Origin: Camelus dromedarius
Lineage: Eukaryota
DNA length: 64,000 nt
Direction of reading: 5' to 3'
NCBI RefSeq assembly: GCF_036321535.1
Contig: NC_087436.1
Span: 117,678,001-117,742,000, forward strand
Shown: positions 48,406 to 60,004 of the stretch, one piece after another
Position numbering within the stretch: position 1 is the first letter of the stretch
How the letters are laid out: every line of letters starts with the position of its first letter
The notes under the pieces: model-generated
The model's database searches: none
What the model was told of the DNA's origin: nothing
Seen by the model: the letters and a program-made list of their open reading frames with translations, nothing else
Program-made: the position numbers and the translations under genes

Positions 48406-50509
48406 CATGCCATTGGCCAGAAGGCTGTCACATGGGGACGTCTCACTGCAAAAGAGTCAGGACAAGGTAGACTTTTTAGCAGGCACATTGACACCTAGAG
48501 AGGAAAGTCAGAGTTCTCTCAGCAAAGAAGAGAGCAGACAGAGTAGGTAGCTGGCGTCGCTCAACTGGTGCCTGCAGCATTGCATCATCTTCATGGTTGA
48601 CATACGTGTCATCCCCATCACTCTAGTCTCCATTTAAAAAAATTACTTACCCCACAAAGAACACACTCCAGGCGAATAGAGCCAGCATTCCATATAAATT
48701 TAAAAATGATACACGTGTAATAACTACATAATAACATAAATATGTTATGAATAAGTTATGAAATATGAACTATAACTATATTATGACCCTTACACAAGAA
48801 TAGAAATTTCAAGATGGCTTTTTAAAAAAATATTAAACAAGATTTCTTAAAAATATATTTATACTCTCTTCATTCCCAGTACTAAAAGAAAAATTATTAA
48901 TGTTTTGTGTGCTTTTTCAAAAAGATCTCTTACTCCATGAAATCTGTAGCCAGTATCTCCAGGCACAATACACAATCATTCAGAGAAGTTTATTGTTAAT
49001 GATAGCAAGTGTGGGTCCATAGCTTGTTTTCGTGATGAAATTCTCTCTCTCTCTGTTTCTCTCTCACATTTCCATTGCCTCTGATTAGATGTCAGGGTTT
49101 TTACCCAAGAGACAACAGAGAGCTCGTACTTACAGAAGTGTCAGATCTGCCGTCTTCTGGCCTGCTCTGGCTTATCTGTTTTGTGTTGTCTTCAACCTGT
49201 GGTTTATTTGCAGGAATTCTGTTCAGCTGTGTGTCCTTGTTAGAATTTGTACAACTAGCAAGATAATATAAAGCTGCAAATCCACTTTACAAGGTGCAGG
49301 TGACTACACTGTACTGGACAGGCTGACGGAGGAATGGACATCACCACGAACCCCTCCCCCCCACCAGCATGTGACAAGCTCTCTCCCTTTCTGCTGAATG
49401 CTCACAAGGACCCACTAGACACAGGGAGGCTCCTGGATGCCAGGATCAATCCGTATAAATGCAACTTAATTTCCCAACTCCTGCTAACTACTGGTTACGC
49501 CATTGCTAACAGAGTCTGTCCTTTGAGTTTGTTTAAGCATCAACTTTGTTGTACTCTCCAGTGCTCATGAAAATGATCTTCCCAAAGGCAGAAATAGAAA
49601 TTAAGAACCAACATTTTGATTCAGATTTGGTTAAAAATAAAAAAATAGGCACAATTTAATTTGAATTGATGAGCACTTTACAATTTCAAAATATCTTGCT
49701 GGTGAGGTGAGGCTGTTTACATTCCAAGGGAACCCAGAAAATAGAGACAGTTTCCTTGGACAGGAAGGGAAATGATCAGCTTAAATTTAATTTTATAGAA
49801 GGCCTTTTGTCCATGTTTATTTTTTTTTCTTCCTTTGTCCATGTTTTTTGAGATGCAGCAAAAACTTCCCAGAAAAAAAATGGTAACTACAAATCCATCC
49901 TGGGTTCTCATCTCTGTTAAATACAGAATCCCTGCTAAATCTCTCCAGAATTTGTCACCATCAGTCTTGAAGCACATCCATCATTGCACAAGGTTATGAA
50001 ATATTTTATTTGCACATTAAACTACTACTTTATGGTGGTAGATGGAGTTTGTTCACTTAACAGTGTCACCAGCCTCGAATCAGTTGCTGCATCCATGGTG
50101 CAAGTCCTTTCTGAAAAGATGCGATCTCTGCATCTAGTTTTTCTCCTTCTGGGCTGCAGGTAATGTGACATGATGCCTCTAGCATATTCAAGTCCAAACA
50201 CAACAGCCACCTAGCTTCTCGGACATGGGACTTCACAACACTTTGGGGCATTTATTTTCATGCCATAAGAGATGCGAATTTAAAGCTCATTTGGGAGTGA
50301 GCCATCAGATGAACCTAGAACCAAGCTCACCAGCCAGAGGCAGTCAGGAGGTCCACTGTGTTTGCCACACGCAGAGAGGAGGAATTTTCCATTCCTTTCG
50401 GAGACAGGCTAGCTCCGAGTCTGCCTCATTTCTCACTTGTGAAGGCAACTCAGAATCTGCCCAGTGACAAGGGTCTTTCTCTAGTGGCCCATTCATTCTT
50501 TACTTTCTC

Positions 50510-50915
50510 CATTCGTTCATTCAAAAAACATTTCTTGCATGTCTACCGCCCACATCAAGCACTATTACAGAAATAGCAGTGAACAGAACAGACCCAAACC
50601 CTCTACTCCGAAGGTGCTTATATTGAAATGGAGGAAAAGGAATCAGAAAGTAAGCCCTTGTAATACACAAGGTGATGATAAATGTCACAGAGATGAAGCA
50701 GGTGAGGGGAAGAGAGCTGGCCACCTTCCCCATGTGAGGACCAGGAAGAGGACAGCTGTCTATGAAGCAGGAAGCGGGTCCTGACCAGACACTGAGTCTG
50801 CCAGCATCTTGACCTTGGGCTTCCCAGCCTCTGGAACACTGAGAAATAAATGTTGTTTCTAAGCCACCAGTCTGTGGTAATCCGGTATAGCAGACCCAGT
50901 GGGCTGAGACGACTA
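50510..50915. mobile_element. L2 3' fragment (minus, about 50510-50705) followed by an MLT1A-like 3' fragment (plus, about 50715-50912)
   Basis: cattcgttcattcaaaaaacattt, then catcttgaccttgggcttcccagcctctggaacactgagaaataaatgttgtttctaagccaccagtctgtgg. Confidence 0.7.
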
Positions 50916-50959
50916 TATACAGAACTTCAGAATTTACAAAGCTTTTTATAATAAAGTGG

Positions 50960-51165
50960 TAATAGTGGTAACAGTTATTCCACACCCACTGTGCAAGAGC
51001 TTCAACTCAACTCATTCGGCTCTTCCAGCAAACACAGAAGGCTATTGATTGATTTAGTATTGCTAATTATTATTCTACAAATGAGGAACCTGAGGCTCAG
51101 TGACTCGAAGTGCTTCTCAGGTAGCCAAAGCAGGAACTGAGCCCAGATTTGTTGGACTCCAGAAC
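50960..51165 (-). mobile_element. MIR
   Basis: tattctacaaatgaggaacctgaggctcag...gactccagaacc. Confidence 0.65.
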
Positions 51166-51559
51166 CCAAGTTTTTTGTGATATTTTTCCCCTTGTGATTT
51201 GTCTCTTGTAACTTACCTTTCCTGTAGAGATAGTGGGTTGTGCTAATCTCCTGGTAGTGTGTCATGTGTGGCTCTGATGCTGACTTCTGGCTCACCTGTG
51301 TCCCCGGCCTGAACCTTGGCTTTGCTTATCAGCCCCTGTCCCCACCACTGGACTGTGAAGGGAGTCTGATGGGGACCAAGGGAGGTGTCACTCATCTCCG
51401 CGTCCCATCAAATCAATGAGATAAAACCCAGAGAGGTTGTGTGTTGCAAAGAACACCGGGCTGGAAGTCTGAACCCCGCCAGCACATGAGGCACCTTCGC
51501 AGCCAGTTTTCGTGGCTTTACTCATCTCCAGAGAAGCCGTGTTAGCCAGGAGAGGCTGG

Positions 51560-51970
51560 GCAGTGCCGGGCAACAAGTTAACCAGGAACCCTGCAGCTTG
51601 ACACAGTGAAGGTATGTAGCAGTTGGTGTCACACTCCGGTGCTCTCCTGCAAGTGGTAACTGGGGATCCAGGCTTCGTGTGTCTCGGGATGTCATTATCT
51701 TAAACACGTGGCTGCCAAGGCCACCTTGGAAGGAGAAGGGAAAGGATGTTTCAAGGACCAGGCTGAGCGCAGCTTCCACCCTCTCTGCCCATATTCCATT
51801 GTCCATAACTCTGTCCTATGGTCCCCAGCTGAACCACAGGGGAGCCTGGGAAATGTAGACCAGGATGTGTCTGAGCAGAAGAAATGGGGTGGTGGACCCA
51901 CAGCCTTGTGTATGCCACAGCCACCATGTTTTCCCCAATCCTGTATCTGGATCAGAGTCCAGTAATGGTA
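51560..51970 (-). mobile_element. MaLR LTR (MLT1I/J-like)
   Basis: cacgtggctgccaaggccacc...cctctgcccatattccattgtccataactctgtcctatggtcccc...gggagcctgggaaatgtag. Confidence 0.6.
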
Positions 51971-52379
51971 GGTATCCTCTGAGAGAACAGAGCAGGATTT
52001 TGCAGTTGGTATGTTAGGACATATCATTGATGGAATCACTGAGACAGTATGCTTTCCCCTTCTGAGACTTAATTTTCCTATCAATAAAATTGGTGGTGGT
52101 TCCCAGTCTGTGGGCTGTGGATCCCAGGAAGGGGGCCAGAAACTGAGCAGTTGCTCTGAGTCTTGGAATCTCTAAGCACACTTAGCATGATGGTAAATGG
52201 AATGATTGTTGAAACTACTGGGACTAAGAAGAAACATTTATTTGAAAAACTCATTGTTTTTGTCATGAATATTCTCAATTAACACAAACATGGACATATC
52301 ATTTCTATCAGGTGCAGATTTATGAAATACTTCCTTATGTAAGAGGCCTTTATAAGGAAAAATATCTGGAGCCACTGAA

Positions 52380-52745
52380 TTAGCTTATTTCTATGAACAA
52401 ATATTCATTGAGAGTCTTTCATGTGCCAAACACAGCACTTGGTTACTGAACTAGAAAATACATCTTACCCTAAAGGAATTCACAGTCTAGTGGTAAATGC
52501 GTATACTGGTGGGAGGGCCAATTATAACATAACTGGGTAAGTGTTCTGATTGAAAGATGTCCCTCATCCCAGGAACCCAAGAGGAAGGGCAACTATCCCA
52601 GTCTGGGGCTATCAGAGAAGACTTCCTGCAGGAGGTGGCCCTTAAATTGAGACCTGACAGTTACTAGGAGTTTGCCCAGCTAAGAAGTGAAGGAACAGCA
52701 TTCCAGGCAGAGGGAACAGGTAAAGACTTAGAGGTAAGGATGATA
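52380..52745 (-). mobile_element. L2 fragment
   Basis: aacaaatattcattgagagtctttcatgtgcc...cagagaagacttcctgcaggaggtg...gcattccaggcagagggaacag. Confidence 0.75.
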
Positions 52746-52749
52746 AAGG

Positions 52750-54394
52750 AGCAACCAAGGGAAAAACAGATAAATTGATCTCCATCAAAATTAAAACCGT
52801 TTGCGTGTAAAAGGACACTGTCAACAGAGTGAAAAGGCAACCTATGAATGGAAGAAAGTATTTGCACGTCATGTATCTGATAATGGGTTAATATCCAGAC
52901 TATATAAATAACTATGACTCAACCACAAAAAAAAAAAAAAAGACAAACAATCTGATTAAAAAAAAATGGGCAAAGAATGTGAGTAGCCATTTCTCCAAAA
53001 AAGAGATATAAATGGTCAACAAGCACATGAAAAGATGTTCGATGTTGCTGATCATCAAGGAAATGCAAACCAACGCCAAAAGGAGATGTCACTTGACAGC
53101 CATCAGGATGGCTGCTATCAAACAAACTGGAAATAACAAGTGTTGGGGAGGATGCGGAGGAACTGGAAGCCTTGTTCCCAGTGGGTGAGAACACACAGTG
53201 GTTCAGCTTCTATGCAAAATAGCCTGGCAGCTCCTCAAAAAAATTAAAAACGAAGCTACTACATGATCCAGCAATTCTACTTCTTGGTAGATACCCCCAA
53301 AGAACAGAAAGCAGGGACTTGAAGAGAGATTGCACATCCATGCGCACAGCAGCATTATTCACGACAGGCGGAAGGTGGAAGTGACACACGTGTTGTACGA
53401 GGAAACGTGCAGGAAAAAATTCAAGAGCGAGGCGTAGTAAAGGGAGAGTAAGTTTACTTAGAGAGATGCACACCCCAGAGACAGAGCAGGGTCTGTCTCA
53501 CGCAGAAGGGAAATGGCTTAGGAAATACACACTCCATAGGCAGAATGCAGGCCGTCTCAGAAAGGTGAGAAAGAGAGAGACCAGGCGGTGGGGCAGGGGG
53601 GTTAGCTTAAAGTAAGAGTAGATACACACTCCACAGAGTGCGGGCCGTCTCAGAAGGCCGGAGAGAGAGCGACTATCGGGTGTGGGGTTGCTAGGTTTTA
53701 TGGGCAAGGTAATTTCATATACTAATGAGTAGGGGGATGATCACAACCACTTTGGGGAAGGGGTGAGGGTTTCTAGGAAACCACTTTCTGGCCTTTCACG
53801 GTCAGTTTAGGAACTGTCCTGGCGCCTGTGGCTGTGCCAGGAGGCTCAAGGTCTACTGGAAGTCGAATATTCCGCCATCTTGGTTCTACCCAGTGTGTCC
53901 TGTCTTCAGTTCCTGTGTCATTCCTTCAGTGGTTGTGCCCTGCCCTCTTGCCTCCTATTTCACATGTATCCAAAGATGGATGAACAGATAAACACAATGT
54001 GGTCTCTGCCTAAAAACGGAACAGAATTCAGGCTTAAAAAGGAATGAAATTCTGACACCTGCTGTAACAGGGATGGGACTGTGAGGACATCATGCTAAGT
54101 GAAATAAGCCAGCCACAAAAAAAGTCACAAAAATCAAACAGTGTATAATTCTACTCTTATATGAGGTCCCTAGAGTGGTCAAATCCACAGAGACAGAAAG
54201 TAGAAGGGAGGAGGCCAGGGGCTGGGGGAGGGGAGAATGGGGGTTAGAGTTTAATGGGGACAGAGTTTCAGTTTTGCCAAGACTAAGAGTTCTGGAGATG
54301 GATGGTGGAGATGGCTGCACAACAGTGTGAATGTACCTAATGCCACTTGATAATCGTTAAATGATAAATTTTATGTTGTGTATATTTTTAACCA
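52750..54394 (+). mobile_element. L1 ORF2 end and 3' UTR (L1MB-like), interrupted by a solo LTR
   Basis: aaaatgggcaaag, aagcacatgaaaagatgttc, atgatccagcaattctactt, and 3' UTR gttctggagatggatggtggagatggctgcacaacagtgtgaatgtacc. Confidence 0.88.
53391..53962 (-). mobile_element. Solo ERV1-type LTR
   Basis: TG...CA ends. 4-bp TSD CACG/CATG (one CpG-type transition). The host L1 reads through once the LTR is removed. Confidence 0.8.
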
Positions 54395-54653
54395 TTTTTT
54401 CCTTTTTCATTGATGTATAGTCGATTTACAACATTGTGTTAGTTTCTGGTATACAGCATAGCGATTCAGTTATACATATATATATATATATATTATATAC
54501 ATTCCTTTTCATATTCTTTTTCATTATAGGCATGTATTACAATATATTGAATATAGTTCCCTGTGCTCTACAGTAGGCCCTTGTGGTTTATCTATTTTGC
54601 ATATAGTAGTGTGTATCTACAAACTAGGGGAGGGATAGACTGGGAGTTCAGAA
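54395..54653 (-). mobile_element. Young L1 3' end with a short inverted 5' segment
   Basis: T-run, then antisense 3' UTR to gtgtatct (54618), then a sense-orientation piece ggggagggatagactgggagttcag. Confidence 0.8.
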
Positions 54654-55539
54654 TTTTGCCGTAATACAAAAAAGTTGGTGAGGAGAGGGTCGGTGATTAA
54701 GGGCCTCTGGGAAGCCATGTGCTTCGCTTTGCAGCAGGAGGGTGTGGGGATGCTGAGGCGGGTGTCTGCGGAGCACTGGCTTTGGGACTCCATCGCCCAT
54801 TTTTGCCCCTGCTGAGAGCTCACGGAGGCCTTGCTGGCCCGGTCTGTTGTCTCAAAGGCATTTCTGAAATGCCTCACTCTGGGGGGCCACCGTTTCCTGC
54901 CCAGTGATGGGGAGGTGGGGGGATAGGAGAGTGGGGGGGCGTCCCGGGAAGCTGGCCCAGAGCGTTGACCTCTCTGGCTGGCTTCCTTCTGTCCGGTGCC
55001 AGGCGTCATCTGGAACCTCTAAAAAGTTCATTTAGCACAAAGGCAGGGGCTGTGGCGTTCGGGGGTCTGCCCCTTATTGGGAGACCAAACTGCCCTTTAA
55101 AAGAGGAATTAATTCAAAATAAGTCCTTAGGATCACAAATCATTAACAGACATGTTCCAAAAATGTCCAAATAATTGCAACTTCAGGGGGTTCTGAAACC
55201 CTCTGCATGGTAAATGGAAGAATTGTTCAGGATGAAAGGAGGGAAACCCTGCGACAAAGATTCCAGCTTCTAATGTGAACTGGCTCTTTTTTTTTTTTCT
55301 TTCCTTTTAAGCTAGAAGAGGTGTCTATTGAAGGAATTTTTGTTTCGTTTTCCTTGTATCTTCTGGCTTCCGAGGGGGTGGCAAGAGGTGAAAACCCAGT
55401 GGGAGCTGCTGCCCTTGTGATTTTTCAGCTGTTGGAGACAGAAGGGTACCAGGAATCTACAAAAGTGATGGCGATACTGGGTCTTGACTGGGATTCATCT
55501 TCAGATCAGAGATCATGTGGTGTCAGAATGCCAGGTCAG

Positions 55540-56330
55540 CACTTCGCAGCGCTTTACAGGCTGAGGGATGAGGGCGATTTGCCGCCAAACGAATTGTCTG
55601 CTAACGTGGGCATTTCCAGGCAGGAAGGCAGGGCGGCGACCACTGAAGGTGCACCGGGTCCCGCTTGAGCGAGAACGGGCTGAATTTCAATCCTGGGGAA
55701 CTCCGGGAGGAGGAGGTCATTTGATTTCAAAACTTGTACAGTGGCGGGAAGAATTCTAGGCCCCCGGAACCTCGGGGTGAAGGATCCTGCTACTCTGCGA
55801 GGTTTGGAGAACCTCCTCACCCCGACTCGCCCCTTCCAGAGCATCGGTTCGCCTTTAGGCAGTTTCTTTAAGACGCACAGAGCCGGCGGCGGGCAAGGGA
55901 GACTTTGCACGTCAGTGACCCCTGGGGGTTGCACGAACCGGCACCCCTCCCTGTCCCGCCGCTGCCCCACCCCCTTCCGGGCCGACTGGGGGTCGCGCAG
56001 CGATTCGCGCCCCAGATCTGACAGTGACCGTTCGCTCGGCCTCTCCCGGGCTCTCTGTTTCCCTCGGTGCAGGGGCCTTCTCAGCTTTAAGGCTGATAGG
56101 GTCTTGTCATAAAGTCTGGTTGTAACAGGCCGAAGGGAGACAGAAACAGATAAATTTCCTTTTGATCTCTGGTTTGCGAAGCCGCGCCGGCGAAGTCAGT
56201 CACAGCCCTGAGCGCGCCGGGGTGAGTCAGAGCCGGTGGCAGCGGGGAAACTTGGTTCTGGAGCTGGGGGCTCCCGGATACCTGGCACCTTACGTTTGCA
56301 GAGGAGCAGGAGCGGCAGGGAGGCATCCCC
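55540..56330. promoter_or_regulatory. CpG-rich island (candidate promoter or enhancer)
   Basis: Elevated CpG and GC in non-repeat sequence. CRE-like ACGTCA at about 55909, AP-1 TGAGTCA at 56223-56229. Confidence 0.65.
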
Positions 56331-56854
56331 CAGGCTTAGAACAAGGCAGGGAACCTAATTAGGTGAAAATCATTTAAATGGCTTTCAAGGCATCGCTTGA
56401 TTTAAAGCATTTATCACCACCTAACGCATAATTAACAGCAGGACAAACGATTGAACAAAAGCTCTCTTCTATTCAGAGGGTTTACGTTAATTTTCATTAA
56501 TCTTATATATTACCATCTCTCTCCAAATGAATGTTATCTTAAAGGCCCAAATGCCTCCTTTGATCTTGGGGAAGAGAGAGAGAGAAGAAAAGATTGTAAC
56601 CTGTGTGTGTTTGTTTGGAAATGACATTTTAACAGCAGGCTCCAAGTACAGGATCAGAAGTTTTTTGTATTGAAGAGCTAATCCAGCGGCAAAAAGAAGG
56701 AAATTCTGTCAGGAGGAATGAGAAGTTGTGCTTTCCCTGTAAACTGGAGAGGATCAGACTGGCTCAGTTGTTCCAGGTCTTTAGTTTTGATGGTTTATTA
56801 CGGTTCTCACAGAATATAGCCGGATTCCGTAATAATGTTCCACGCTCCTCTCAT

Positions 56855-57192
56855 TCGGTTGCCCCCTGGTACCCGTGGGGGAGTGGTTCCAGGAACCCCA
56901 CATCTAAGGGTAGGAAACTAACTAACAAAATGGCTTCCCTGATGCTAAAGCTGTTTGCTGATTCCCTCTGACTTAGAATTCTTGCAACTTGTTTTTCTCT
57001 TTTCTTTGACAACCCCCCATCTCTGTTTAACTTGCTTAACTGCTTTTGTGCTAAATAGTCCCTAACCTTCCCATCACACTCACGCTCAATACCCAAATCT
57101 GCAGCTGCTCAAGTCCCTTAAATAAAATGGTGTCCTACAGGAGGCCTTGAGTACCTGTGGGTTCCACATTCACAGATGCAGAGAACTGCCTG
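56855..57192. mobile_element. TcMar-Tigger MITE (MER2/MER8-like) with an internal insert of about 185 bp
   Basis: cccctggtacccgtgggggagtggttccaggaacccc ... atacccaaatctgcagctgctcaagtcccttaaataaaatgg. Confidence 0.7.
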
Positions 57193-57739
57193 AACAATTC
57201 CGGGCTTTGTCAAGTTTGCTCACCTTCTCTTCCTAGCCCAGCAGGTTCCCTACAATAATTTAAAAAAAAAAATCAGTTAAGACCATGCCACTCACTAGTC
57301 ATATTAATGGCTTTCTGTTAATATAACCACACACATACCAGCCCTTAGTTTTTGATTTACGTGGATTCCATTGACAAATCCTTTACTGCAGCCAACTGCC
57401 ATTCCCATTTTGCAGATGGGACAGTTGAGGCACGAGGAAATTTAGGTCACTTGTCTCAGTCAGATGCCAATGGTGGGGATACTTGCACAGGCAGGCAGCC
57501 TCCAGAGGCTGTGCAGTCAGCCCCGGAAAGAGGTCTGGCTGGTCCATGGCCAGCCCAGGCTTGTGGGTCACGGGGCCTCTTGCTGCCCTGGTCTGCCTGG
57601 GCTCCCTCCTCGGCTGGGCCTCCAGCTCGGGGTGTGATTCTGATTAAGCATCTTTGCTTCTAGGGCCTCAGTTTTTCCATCGCTAACTTCCGGAAGCCAT
57701 ACTAACAGCTTGTGTTTCTGGAATGCTTTGTTGAGTGCT

Positions 57740-57860
57740 GGAGGCTGTCGTTTCCCCACTTTGCAGATGAGGAAATGAGACTGAAGAGGCTGCCCAGGGT
57801 TACGCAGCGCTGAACTGTAGAGCTGGGGCTTGAATCAAGGGGGGCAGATCACTGAGCGCC
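57740..57860 (-). mobile_element. MIR
   Basis: ccccactttgcagatgaggaaatgagact...gcccagggttacgcag...agagctggggcttgaa. Confidence 0.65.
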
Positions 57861-57949
57861 TCTTAGTGTATCTGCTATGTTGACAGAAAATCAAACTGGG
57901 GGACCTTCTAGTTTTAAGACGACAGGATTCCAGCACAAGGGGTTTTTGT

Positions 57950-58405
57950 GGTGTTACCTTGACTGTGGTGGAGACACAGGTTTGCACAGAACTTCACACA
58001 CACACACAGAGGTAAGAACAAATAAAACTGGAAAACCAGAATAAGATTGGTGGATTGGATCAGTTATTATCCTGGTTGTGAATATAAAAATTATTGTAAA
58101 ATGTTATATGCTATCATTTTGTAAAATTTTTTAAATACTATTCTTTATTTTCCACAATGAATACAGATTTTTTTTTTGGCAGAGGGGGGAGTAAATAGGT
58201 TTATTTATTTTTGTATTCTTAGAGCAGGGACTGGGGATTGAACCCAGGACCTCCTACATGCTAAGCATGTGCCCTACCACTTGAGCTATACCCTCCCTCT
58301 GTTTTGTAAAACGTGACTGTAGGGGTGGAAGTGTACAAGGGAGTCTATGTGATTTCCTACAACTGCACATGGATCTATAGTCCTCTCAATAAAAAGTTCT
58401 ATTTA
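57950..58405 (+). mobile_element. Old L1 3' UTR fragment hosting a SINE
   Basis: aataaaactggaaaaccagaataagattggtggattg...tatcctggttgtga...tttcctacaactgcacatggatcta..ctcaataaaaagtt. Confidence 0.6.
58127..58300 (-). mobile_element. tRNA-derived SINE, camelid vic-1-like, with extended tail
   Basis: Antisense head at 58230-58297. TSD TTTTGTAAAA at 58117-58126 and 58302-58311. Confidence 0.9.
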
Positions 58406-58419
58406 AAAATAAAAATGAT

Positions 58420-58602
58420 GGAGGGAGGGTGTAACTCAGAGGTAGAGCGCCTGCTTAGCATGCACGAGGTTCTGGGTTCAATCCCCAGTCCCTCCTCTAT
58501 GAATACATAAATAAATAAACCTAATTACCCTTTCTCCCACAAAAATCAAAACAAAACCCCCCCAAAAACCCACAAAATTTAAAACAAGATTTTTAAAAAA
58601 TA
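58420..58602 (+). mobile_element. tRNA-derived SINE, camelid vic-1-like
   Basis: gggagggtgtaactcagaggtagagcgcctgcttagcatgcacgagg..gggttcaatccccag, tail taaataaacctaattacc, flanked by AAATGAT repeats. Confidence 0.9.
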
Positions 58603-58734
58603 GAAATGATCTAAAAATGATAGGATTTTATCCACAGTCATATTGAGGAGCTTCATTTAGTATATGCAAAGTGTTGGGAATAAATAAATAAGCAGTTCTT
58701 GCCTAAAGGAACGTAATAACTTGATCATAATGAT

Positions 58735-58960
58735 TGATAATAATAATAAATAACTACCTATGAATTAGATGTCTGAGCATTGGGAGCAGTGCTTTGTAGC
58801 AATCGTATTATCACCAGGTGACTTACAAGCTGAAGCTGCTGAATCTCAGAGAGGTTAATGAATTTGCCCAAGGTCACCCAGCACCTAAGCAGTATGTTTC
58901 AAACCAACCCCCTGCTGTATTCTTTTCAGACCAAGCCAGGGCTCTCCGAGCACCTCCTAT
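58735..58960 (-). mobile_element. MIR
   Basis: ctcagagaggttaatgaatttgcccaaggtcacccagc. Confidence 0.7.
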
Positions 58961-59949
58961 GCCCGCTCTTCCTGTTAAAGTTGTCTCCCTCACCCCTGGC
59001 TCATTTGGGTGAGGCAAGCAGTCTCGTCTCCACTTTGCAGGTGAGGACACTGAGGCTCAGAGCAGGAAGAGACCTGAATGCAGGCGCCTCTTCCCCCTAC
59101 AAGGAGGAGATGGGGCGGAAGGCAGATCTCCCAGCCCATGGAGGGGTCTGGGGCTCAGGACACACCTCTGAGAATAGGGCGTCTGGGCAGCTCCAGGGTG
59201 AAGGCAGGCCCTAGATAAGCCCAAATGGGTTTCAAGAGCTAAGAGCAGGGTGTGAGTGGAGCCCGGGCTGTTTGTTCAGCTTTAGGGGGAGAGATTTCTT
59301 CCAGAGCTCTGGTTGGTGATAAAGCCATTCTGTTTTCAAACCAAACACGGCCCTTCCTTGGAGGACCGGGAAGTTTGGGAAGAAAGATATTGCATGTCTC
59401 TCCCGTGGATCTTTCCAGCCACATCACCAGCCAGATATCTCACTGGGGGAAAGTCAAGAGGACTCCCAAAGAGACTCAAACTGCCGCGGGTCACTTCAAA
59501 GCCTAGTCATCCAGGAAGCTGAAGTTTAAAAGGCCCATGATGAGTCCATTGGAAAAGGTGGCCTGGACACATCACTGGCCCGGCCCCCAGGGTCCCTGAC
59601 CCTGACCCTGTCCGACTGCCCCATGGGACGGCAGAGGTGTCCGTGGGGTAGGGGGGCTCTAATTCAGCCCTGAACAGAAAACCGGCATCTCACCACGGAG
59701 AAAGCCAGCACCAGGCCCTAGGAACTCTCTATGTGTTCTCTATATATTTAAGATTCCTTAGAGTCCTGGGAGGGAAGAGTTCTCATCCCCATATTGTAAA
59801 TTCAGAACGTAAGTGCAGAGAAGGGGCCCATTCAAGGTCAAGAGGCTGGTAAGTGGTAGATCTGAGATTGTCCATTTCCAAAGCTGGTTCCGTCACCCCG
59901 GGTGGTATTGGCCTGGGTGGTCCTAGATGATGCAATGGTGAAGATGACC

Positions 59950-60004
59950 TCTTCTTCTTCTTCTTTTATTATTATTATTTATTATTATTATTACTATTAT
60001 TCTA
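59950..60004. repeat. Imperfect (TTC)n(TTA)n microsatellite
   Basis: Read directly from the sequence. Confidence 0.85.

Noticed and set aside
55321..55668. 115-aa ORF after a polypyrimidine tract and AG
   Set aside because: It has a non-ATG start, no recognisable homology and no partner exons. It cannot be told from chance without a search.
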